DNA from: a virus
Virus record (IMG/VR): IMGVR_UViG_3300028384_000673
Span: 1 to 45,351 of that record
DNA: 45,351 nt
Reading direction: 5' to 3' (one strand)
Part shown: positions 38,601-45,351 of the stretch, in pieces
How positions within the stretch are numbered: the first letter of the stretch is position 1
Layout: each line of letters opens with the position of its first letter
Notes under the pieces: model-generated
The model's database searches: none
The model's input: only the letters and a program-made list of their open reading frames with translations
What the model was told of the DNA's origin: nothing
Translations under genes and position numbers: made by a program

Positions 38601-39256
38601 TTTCTGGTCCTGTGACTATGCAGAAGAAACTGACATCACAGGATGAGATTCAATCTTTGAAGTTTACCTACTCGAACGATGATGGTACTGTTCTAAGACA
38701 GACTTTCCTTGCCGAAGAGACTGATGGTGGTCTTCCTGATCTTGAAGTTGGTCTTGCATTTAATAGTGGTGACATCTGCTATAACATTGATTGGACACCT
38801 GGTCAATCTTTGGGATGGGTTTATGATTCTGGAACCTGGTATAAGTTTGGTCTGAGTGATACCACTCCGATCACATCTCAACGTTATAGTGGTGTTACTA
38901 ACTACGGTATTGGTATGGCACCTGATGCCTCCAACCGTTTGAAGATCAGTGGCAATACATACTTCAATGGTGATATTGATGTCACTGGTAAGTATGGTTG
39001 TGCTGATAAATATAGATTAGCGACGGGTATTGCCAATAGTAACAATGGTGTTACCTATAATGGCAATGGTTCTCAGGTAACCTTCGCAATCTCCGCTGGT
39101 CACACTGCTTATTCTGTTCTGGTATTCTTGAATGGTGTCTGTCAAGTACCTGGTATTGATTACACCGTGACTGGTAATGCTGTTGATTTTAGTATTTCGG
39201 GTGCAACTATTCCCGCAACTGGTGATGTGATTCAAATTCGTGAACTCGTTATCTAA
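35675..39256 (+). CDS. virion structural protein (beta-helix tail spike-like)
   Basis: IYVNP, GNS..RPFKTLQRA, G.DLR.T, SITNSNSNFG, C-terminal VFLNGV.Q.PG.DY. Confidence 0.8.
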   Translation: MALTRLKNIITSRTGRIIYVNPDDFDASDAYDNRGNSALRPFKTLQRAFLEVARFSYRVGLSNDEFDAFSIYLYPSEYVLDNRPGVTDYNDVQPFDANTNFDLTSSSNVLYKFNSTRGGIIVPRGASVVGSDLRRTKFIPKYVPYPTVQGSLGITAANEPGPTAMFRLTGGCYFWQASFFDGDTNGVYYRGDDNATIAPNFSHHKITCFEYANPEDLNLYYQKISKAYATIPDSSGVIAQDQLQARVEENRIVGPISDEFAVSQIIRNGQTATAFTVDELGNPKNHGFSVGVAVNISGVTGPTEQDQLLYNGSFLVTSAQGNQFTYQMSSEPSGNAIGSNILVKVEIDTVDSASPYVFNMSLRSVWGINGMHADGSQATGFKSMVVAQFTGISLQKDDRAFVIYNQSTGQYEPQAAGSGAHINGLAEYRRGWRHAHIKASNDSFIQVVSVFAVGFGDHFFSDSGGDLSITNSNSNFGNTSLRSKGFKSASFTKDKAGQITHVIPPKSLSDVEEISINWVTIDITATKAEADQARLYLYGYTAEAGRPPSKIQGYTIGARRDDVNTPDKIYVALVASGASEPTTHYANISPSGPDVTGTRAGADESPLKWDSNRGQWYLQVDSGNNTIYTTLQANSLYNNLGFTPTTFIRRVPDARDLNDRTYRFRYVLDKDAFPVPRPPITGFVLQPRSSETNSPSYSKTYYVYDVETYQTFERGVTDGVYYLTVLSASVSPAAQNFNDFEFSQQTVDIYPAFDRDNPVADPAAAVSVADNETLGLVRTTDGASPTPNEDTQLSITKETAQFFLQENENNLGYTTTTNTLTGIVVTARLGDEEERKIPLQLNPDSSVAPLAIELRRYSILRASGHTFEYLGFGPGNYSTAFPSTQVEVLKPEQVRLSQSLKEAAGVAYYSGVNSDGELFVGNQVINPVTGQITNEDIAQLNVLGEEGTTIETFSELVLTDKLTVIGGASNQLESVFSGPVTMQKKLTSQDEIQSLKFTYSNDDGTVLRQTFLAEETDGGLPDLEVGLAFNSGDICYNIDWTPGQSLGWVYDSGTWYKFGLSDTTPITSQRYSGVTNYGIGMAPDASNRLKISGNTYFNGDIDVTGKYGCADKYRLATGIANSNNGVTYNGNGSQVTFAISAGHTAYSVLVFLNGVCQVPGIDYTVTGNAVDFSISGATIPATGDVIQIRELVI

Positions 39257-39275
39257 CGTTTAGCAAGAGAATCAA

Positions 39276-40139
39276 ATGTCCACAAAAATCATAGGCAATC
39301 AGATTAGTGATGCGACTCGTGCGATCGTCACTGCCCTGAGTGTCACTGAACAAATTAATGTTCCTCCACTAAACCAAACCGAAATCGATGCCTTAGGCAC
39401 TGTTGCTCTTGGTACTCTTGTATATAACGAGACCGAGAAAATGTTTCAGGGTTATCTCCCTGACGTAAATGGTCCTGGTAATCCTGGTTGGGATGATGTT
39501 GGTGGTGGTGGACCTTCTGTGGGCGAAGATTCCATCATCCGAACTAATGGTACTACTATTAGTGAGAACCTTACGGTTGGTCCTAGTGCCAATAATGGTG
39601 TAGAGTTTACTAACGGTTTCTCTGCTGCTCCGATTACTATTGCCAATGGTTATACAGTTACCATTGAGAACGGTTCAGCATGGACACTGATTGGTGCTGA
39701 CGAAGATCTGTCAGCATATAGATATTTTAACTATGCAGCAGTTAATAACCATCTGCGTATGGTTGCTGGTTCATCTTTTGAGTTTGGACAAGTTAAAGAG
39801 AGAATGGTCTCTTTCTCTATGTCAAGCACAATTACTTTGGATCATAGTCAAGCGAATATCTTTGAAACTCAGAACCCCACTAGTTATAATGGTAACTTCT
39901 CTCTGAGATTTACTAATGTTCCTAATGAAGGTGGTTTTGTGTTCACTTCCCAAGTGATTATTAGACAGTCAACCATTACTTCTGGTGGATTGACTGATGT
40001 TAGAATTAATGGTCAGGTTGCTATATTGAACGGTGGATTTGCTCCTGGCAATGGTTATGATGTACTTAATATGTTCTTCTATCTTGATGGTGCATCTTGG
40101 AAGGTATTCCTGAAACAGTCCCAATACGACGATAACTGA
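39276..40139 (+). CDS. tail fibre-associated protein
   Basis: G.LVYN, IIRTN...ISEN.T...PITI..GYTVTI..G..W motif. Confidence 0.7.
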   Translation: MSTKIIGNQISDATRAIVTALSVTEQINVPPLNQTEIDALGTVALGTLVYNETEKMFQGYLPDVNGPGNPGWDDVGGGGPSVGEDSIIRTNGTTISENLTVGPSANNGVEFTNGFSAAPITIANGYTVTIENGSAWTLIGADEDLSAYRYFNYAAVNNHLRMVAGSSFEFGQVKERMVSFSMSSTITLDHSQANIFETQNPTSYNGNFSLRFTNVPNEGGFVFTSQVIIRQSTITSGGLTDVRINGQVAILNGGFAPGNGYDVLNMFFYLDGASWKVFLKQSQYDDN

Positions 40140-40141
40140 TT

Positions 40142-41389
40142 ATGGCGATTGGAATGAACAAACTCCTCCAAGGTGGAGGTGAAGGATCATCATATGCTCG
40201 CAAGACTGTTGTTCTTGACGAAGGAAATGATTGTCGTCCTACAATCGGTCTTTGGAATAGAAGTGAATATTCCAGCATGTTTGGGCGTCCAGATATTCAG
40301 GACGGTGGATATTGGCATGGTTGGGGTGGATCTGCAAGGTCATATGACCTGAATATGAGTGATCTACCACCACACAATTATATCAACTATTCTTGTTTTT
40401 ATCATCATGTTGATTCATGGGATAATGAATTTCAATATGTAAACGTTGATGGTCAACGTATTGGGCAGTGGCGTAAGCAGTGGAATGAGAATAGATTCCG
40501 TGAGATGGTTTGTGATCATAATCAATCAGAAACATCTCCTGTTCTGTTAGCACGATTTGGTATTGATTATAGTTATGAACCATGGAATGGTTCTAACGAT
40601 TCTACTAATGGATATATCAAGTTCTCTACTGGATGGATTCCTCACACAGCATCTAGTGTAAGTATTGTCAACTACACTGGTTTGGACCAGGGTAGAAGTG
40701 ACGAAGCATATTATATTTCTCATGCCAAAGTGATGGTGGCAGATTCTACCGAACTGAACTTTGGTAATGGTCAATCTTCTTCATCTCCACTAGAATCTGG
40801 TAAGTTTGGTGTAGCATATGGTCATTGTCAGACCAGTGGACTGTACTGGATTCAGTCTCATAGTATGCCCAACCCGTTGCAGATGTATGTTGATGTAACG
40901 GAAGATGGTGGTGGATATGACTTCTATCCGATCAATGGTGGTGGTCGTAGTGTGAATTACAATGGTCAGTATCACTCTGGTGTTGACTTTGGTCTCGATA
41001 TGTTCTATGGTCGCTCCAAGTTTGCATGGCGTGCTGCTGCAAACTATGCTACAATCGTCAATGGAGGTAACTGGCCCAACTTCTTTGTTGGGTGTGGTGC
41101 TGTATTCAAAACTGGTGGTGGAGGTAACTATACCTCTCGTATTATGAGATCATCGGATTACGGTGGTAACAATGTTGGTAGTTGGCGTGTACCTGATGGT
41201 GGTAAGTGGTGGTTGAGAGATAACAACCACTCTGAACCTAATGGAGACTATGCTGCTGACGGTTATCTCAACATGTATGGTGGATCTAGAAACAACTTGA
41301 AGAACCTCAGCAACATCGGATTCAATGACGGTGGTGCATACAGTATCGGAAGTTACTACTTGTTATCAACTAATCAACACAATAGATGA
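40142..41389 (+). CDS. Trp/Tyr/Gly-rich protein with a fibrinogen-C-like region
   Basis: DSWDNE; SGLYWI...MYVD...DGGGY; EPNGDY. Confidence 0.6.
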   Translation: MAIGMNKLLQGGGEGSSYARKTVVLDEGNDCRPTIGLWNRSEYSSMFGRPDIQDGGYWHGWGGSARSYDLNMSDLPPHNYINYSCFYHHVDSWDNEFQYVNVDGQRIGQWRKQWNENRFREMVCDHNQSETSPVLLARFGIDYSYEPWNGSNDSTNGYIKFSTGWIPHTASSVSIVNYTGLDQGRSDEAYYISHAKVMVADSTELNFGNGQSSSSPLESGKFGVAYGHCQTSGLYWIQSHSMPNPLQMYVDVTEDGGGYDFYPINGGGRSVNYNGQYHSGVDFGLDMFYGRSKFAWRAAANYATIVNGGNWPNFFVGCGAVFKTGGGGNYTSRIMRSSDYGGNNVGSWRVPDGGKWWLRDNNHSEPNGDYAADGYLNMYGGSRNNLKNLSNIGFNDGGAYSIGSYYLLSTNQHNR

Positions 41390-42129
41390 AACGTGAACTT
41401 GAAGAATACTTCCCACAAGTCTTCGGGAAGTATTATTATGATGGAGATCAACAAGTTATCAAAGATGTCTGTGATCGGATCTTAGAAGAGATTCAACCAG
41501 GACATGATGAGTGGAATAATAATGTTGCAGAAGAGAACTTACATCACTTCTTTAACATTTCCAACAGTAGTCTGTTAGACTTTGATGACAGATTAGGAGA
41601 CTTTGGTAAGTTTCTTGTAGAAGCAGCAGAAGACTTCTTCACTGATGTGATGGAGTATGATCTTAATGGTTCTAGAATGTTGGTTACTGACTGCTGGATG
41701 AACTATTGTTCTAAGGAACATTGCTGGCAGATCAAACACAATCACAACAACTGTATCATTGTTGGTACATACTTTGTTGATTTTGATGAGAAACTGCACT
41801 CTCCGTTGGACTTCTATCGTCCCGCTAAGAGAGAACATGCACCATCTATTGCACAGTTGAGGCAACCACGTCTAGCAAACGAAGGTAATAAATATACAAA
41901 GGAAGTACACCAAACTCATCCACAAGAAGGATGCTTATTCATATGGTCAGCAGAGACCGTACATGGGTATGAAGGTGTATATAATCTCTGGAAAGGTCGC
42001 CGTACCATTAGTATGAACTTCATTCCTGAGATCCTTGATAATGGTAAGTATGCGTTCAAGGTTGTTCCGCTTCAACATATCGATGCTGAGCAACTAAATA
42101 AAAGAAAAGAGTTAGATCAGCAACAATGA
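41386..42129 (+). CDS. 2OG-Fe(II) oxygenase (TIGR02466-like)
   Basis: WMN...HNH.N, EG.L.IW...HG, R.TISMN. Confidence 0.8.
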   Translation: MKRELEEYFPQVFGKYYYDGDQQVIKDVCDRILEEIQPGHDEWNNNVAEENLHHFFNISNSSLLDFDDRLGDFGKFLVEAAEDFFTDVMEYDLNGSRMLVTDCWMNYCSKEHCWQIKHNHNNCIIVGTYFVDFDEKLHSPLDFYRPAKREHAPSIAQLRQPRLANEGNKYTKEVHQTHPQEGCLFIWSAETVHGYEGVYNLWKGRRTISMNFIPEILDNGKYAFKVVPLQHIDAEQLNKRKELDQQQ

Positions 42130-42929
42130 CTCGATTAAATGTAGCACAAGTTAAGGACCTGAATAATCAGGGTGGCATGTCCTTCTCGGGCGGTGCTATT
42201 ACTGCTAACGGTCCTATTACTGTCACCAATATTGTTATTAATGGTACTGTTTCAGGATCTTCTGGTTATATTATTCCATCACAGTCTGGTCAAGGTGGTA
42301 AGTTTCTATATACCAACGGATCTACTATTTCTTGGCAAGAAGGCGGTGGTAACAAGGGTATTCCCAATAGTATCTCTGTATATAATGGTAACTCTACTTG
42401 GAACAAACCCAGTAATGTAAAACGTATTTGGGTTATGTGTACTGGTGGTGGTGGCGGTGGATCAGGTTATGGTGAATCAGGTGCTGCTGGTGCTCACACT
42501 GAGACATTTGTTGATGTTACTAATATCAACTCTATCTCTGTTACAGTTGGTGGTGCTGGTGGTGGTACTAACTATAATGCTCGTGGTGGCAATGGTGGAA
42601 CGTCATCATTTGGTAACTACTGCTCCTCTGGTGGTGGTCAAGGTGCCAATCGTCGTCAACAACATGATGGATCTACTGGTGGTAACCCTTCCCAAGGTTC
42701 TGTAAGAATCTATGGTGGATCTTCTCAGGGTCACCGCAATCCCCCTGGTCTTGGTCATGGTGGTGGTTCATACTGGGGTGGTGCTGCTCCAACTGCACAC
42801 AGACAGCAGCAATGGGCACAACGTCACAGAGCACATGCTGCCTATGGTGCTGGTGGTTCCTCAGGTAGAAACAACGAACGTGGTGGTGATGGACGCCAGG
42901 GCATCGTCGTCGTCTACGAATTCATTTGA
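42126..42929 (+). CDS. glycine-rich tail fibre protein, paralogue A
   Basis: TWNKP...GGGGGG, VTVGGAG, GGTSSFG, GIVVVYE. Confidence 0.8.
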   Translation: MTRLNVAQVKDLNNQGGMSFSGGAITANGPITVTNIVINGTVSGSSGYIIPSQSGQGGKFLYTNGSTISWQEGGGNKGIPNSISVYNGNSTWNKPSNVKRIWVMCTGGGGGGSGYGESGAAGAHTETFVDVTNINSISVTVGGAGGGTNYNARGGNGGTSSFGNYCSSGGGQGANRRQQHDGSTGGNPSQGSVRIYGGSSQGHRNPPGLGHGGGSYWGGAAPTAHRQQQWAQRHRAHAAYGAGGSSGRNNERGGDGRQGIVVVYEFI

Positions 42930-42937
42930 TATAAATA
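42930..42937 (+). promoter_or_regulatory. late promoter
   Basis: TATAAATA between the two paralogues. Confidence 0.7.
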
Positions 42938-42961
42938 GCAACGAAGGAGACCAAGTAATCA

Positions 42962-43762
42962 ATGAGTACCCTCAAAGTATCTTCAATTAGAGACCTATCT
43001 GGTTCTGGCGGACTTAACCTCAGTTCTGGTTCTATTACGGTGAACGGTACTCTTACCGTCAGTAATATCACTATTAACGGAACTATTGCTGGTTCGTCCT
43101 CACAGGTGATCCCGTCTATTTCTGGACAGGCAGGTAAGTATCTTTCAACTAACGGCACATCGATGTCGTGGGCAACCATTCAATCTGGTGGTGGACCTAA
43201 GTCCATCTCAGTGTATAATGGTAACTCCACATGGAATAAACCCACTGGTATTAAACGTATCTGGGTTAAGTGTACTGCTGGCGGCGGCGGTGGTTCAGGT
43301 TATGGTGAGTCTGGCGCTGCTGGTGCTCACACTGAACAGATTGTCAACGTAGAGAACATCAACTCTATTTCTGTCACCGTTGGTGGTGGCGGTGGTGGTA
43401 CTAATTACTCTGGTCGCGCTGGCAATGGTGGTACATCAAGTTTCGGTAACTACTGTTCATCTGGTGGTGGACAGGGTGCAAACCGTAGACAACAACATGA
43501 TGGATCTACTGGTGGTAACCCCTCTCAGGGTGCTGTAAGAATCTATGGTGGTTCTTCACAGGGTCACCGTAATCCACCTGGTCTCGGTCATGGTGGACAC
43601 TCCTTCTGGGGTGGTTCTTCACCAACTTCTCACAGACAGCAACAGTGGGCGCAGCGTCACAGAGCGCACGCTGCTTATGGTGCTGGCGGTTCTTCTGCTA
43701 GAAACAGAGAACGTGGCGGCGACGGTCGTCAGGGTATTGTTGTAGTTTACGAATTCGATTAA
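42962..43762 (+). CDS. glycine-rich tail fibre protein, paralogue B
   Basis: C-terminal domain nearly identical to 42126..42929. Confidence 0.8.
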   Translation: MSTLKVSSIRDLSGSGGLNLSSGSITVNGTLTVSNITINGTIAGSSSQVIPSISGQAGKYLSTNGTSMSWATIQSGGGPKSISVYNGNSTWNKPTGIKRIWVKCTAGGGGGSGYGESGAAGAHTEQIVNVENINSISVTVGGGGGGTNYSGRAGNGGTSSFGNYCSSGGGQGANRRQQHDGSTGGNPSQGAVRIYGGSSQGHRNPPGLGHGGHSFWGGSSPTSHRQQQWAQRHRAHAAYGAGGSSARNRERGGDGRQGIVVVYEFD

Positions 43763-43766
43763 TCCA

Positions 43767-44366
43767 ATGAAAAGAGCACTTGTCCGCGCAGACGGATTTA
43801 TTACCGACATTATCGAAGAAGGTGAAGAGTTTGATGTCTATACTGGACCTGGTTCTGGTCTACGTTGGATTGATATGCCTGAGGATGGCAATATCGATTG
43901 GAAACTAGAACTGGGTGAGTGGATTCCTAATTTTGAATTCCATGATCCTGAGACTCTCCGTATCGTCGCATATGGTGATCCTGGTATGCAACTGTCTATG
44001 TTGTATAAGGACATCAATAACGGATTGTTTGGTGAAGCAGCAAAAGAAGGTGAGTTCTTCAAGCATATTGCTGGGGTGAAGAATAATCTTCCTACGGTTG
44101 AATATGATGAAGAAGGTAATAAGGTTGTTCCTAATGAACCCTTCCCACATAATGAAGATATGCCTGCATGGTTGTCTCCCGAAGAACTTCCTGCTGAGGT
44201 GCAAGAAGAATTCAAGATTGGTGTTTATGACCCCGAACTTGTTGCTGAGAAAGCAGCAACTGGTGAGCGTTATGAAGATCAACCTGCTACAATGAATGAT
44301 GCTGGTGAAGCATTAGATACTAACCCTGATCTTGGCGAAGCAGCAACTGAACATCCTCCTGAATAA
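43767..44366 (+). CDS. tail fibre assembly/chaperone-like protein
   Basis: R..AY....QL.MLY.DI..G...I..VK...P pattern; follows the fibre genes. Confidence 0.55.
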   Translation: MKRALVRADGFITDIIEEGEEFDVYTGPGSGLRWIDMPEDGNIDWKLELGEWIPNFEFHDPETLRIVAYGDPGMQLSMLYKDINNGLFGEAAKEGEFFKHIAGVKNNLPTVEYDEEGNKVVPNEPFPHNEDMPAWLSPEELPAEVQEEFKIGVYDPELVAEKAATGERYEDQPATMNDAGEALDTNPDLGEAATEHPPE

Positions 44367-44369
44367 TAT

Positions 44370-45351
44370 ATGCACATTCGTAATGTTCTGATTGTTGGGG
44401 GCGGCACAGCAGGTTGGATGACCGCTGCCGCCCTTCTTAAACTCTGCCCTCATATTAAAGTTTCTCTAATTGAATCACCCGATCACCCTGTAATTGGTGT
44501 AGGAGAATCTACACTGGGTCAGATCAATGACTTTTTTCAGACTCTTGGTTTGAAAGATGACATGTGGATGAAAGACACAGGATCCACATATAAAGTCAAC
44601 ATTAGATTCAATGATTTCTACAAGAAAGGTGAGACCTGGGACTATCCTTTTGGTAGTGCTGTTGAGAGACTAGAAACATGTCCACAAGGTTGGATGTCAT
44701 GGTTTACATTGAACCTGTTGAAACCCGATAAGTTCACTCGTAATACATTTGCAAGATCACATAACTTAGTTGGTCAACTTGCTCACTACAATAAACTAAC
44801 TGACGATCCTAGATTTTACTTTGAACAAGATACTGCATACCACATGGATGCAATCAAGTTCGGACAATGGTTGAAGAATAATTTCACCGAAGGTCTTAAC
44901 TATCATCAGGGTAACATTGTTAGATGTGAGAAAGATGATCTTGGTTATATTACTAAACTAATTACTGATGATGATAGAGAGTTTGAAGCAGATCTATTTG
45001 TAGACTGTACTGGATTCAAATCTTTATTGCTTGAAAGGTTTATGCATGAACCATTCATCTCTTACCATGTTGATGGTGGTGGTGAATTGTTGAATGATGC
45101 TGCTGTGACATGTCACATGCCGCATGAAGATAAAGAGAAAGAAATTGTCAATAGCACCAACTGCACTGCTATTGAAAGTGGATGGGTTTGGGATGTTCCC
45201 TTGTGGGAAAGATCTGGTGTTGGATATGTATATTCGTCTGGATTTGCCACGAAGGATCAGGCAGAGCAACACATCCATGATTACCTAGTAAAGACTAGGG
45301 GTAAGGACCGTGCCAATAAAGCATCATTCAAACATGTACCATTTAGAAATG
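44370..45351 (+). CDS. flavin-dependent (tryptophan) halogenase family protein, truncated at the window end
   Basis: open frame from ATG 44370: IVGGGTAGW, GVGEST, TYK (catalytic Lys position), AYHMDA, FVDCTG, GWVWDVP; missing from the ORF track. Confidence 0.9.
   Translation, partial: MHIRNVLIVGGGTAGWMTAAALLKLCPHIKVSLIESPDHPVIGVGESTLGQINDFFQTLGLKDDMWMKDTGSTYKVNIRFNDFYKKGETWDYPFGSAVERLETCPQGWMSWFTLNLLKPDKFTRNTFARSHNLVGQLAHYNKLTDDPRFYFEQDTAYHMDAIKFGQWLKNNFTEGLNYHQGNIVRCEKDDLGYITKLITDDDREFEADLFVDCTGFKSLLLERFMHEPFISYHVDGGGELLNDAAVTCHMPHEDKEKEIVNSTNCTAIESGWVWDVPLWERSGVGYVYSSGFATKDQAEQHIHDYLVKTRGKDRANKASFKHVPFRN

Noticed and set aside
42126-43762. Diversity-generating retroelement TR/VR pair
   Set aside because: Both copies are full genes, differences are largely synonymous and not adenine-specific, and no reverse transcriptase is in the window.
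45024-45278. Minus-strand 84-aa ORF
   Set aside because: Antisense to the clear halogenase reading frame.

Overview
45-kb segment of a T4-like cyanomyovirus (Kyanoviridae-type, probably infecting Synechococcus). Left to right: an AT-rich N4/N6 methyltransferase plus PD-(D/E)xK nuclease pair; a psbD disrupted by an internal deletion of about 91 codons with a frameshift; accessory genes including a 1489-aa protein and a porin-like protein with a structured leader; the core replication block (nrdC, rnh, thyX, phoH, exonuclease, gp33, gp32, with no gp59 at its T4 position); tRNA-Asn(GTT); the baseplate/tail module (gp53, gp48, gp4, gp2, gp54, gp26, gp51, two paralogous tape-measure-like proteins carrying different cell-wall hydrolase domains, a gp27-like hub, gp5); auxiliary metabolic genes (cp12, 2OG-Fe(II) oxygenases, cpeT); and a tail-fibre/structural cluster ending in a flavin-dependent halogenase truncated by the window edge. 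The most notable signal is a T TTT TTC slippery heptamer at the end of 'gp26'. A -1 shift there fuses it in frame to 'gp51' directly upstream of the tape-measure-like genes, matching a lambda G/GT or P2 E/E'-type tail-assembly-chaperone frameshift in a T4-like phage. All product calls come from motif recognition and synteny; no database searches were run.
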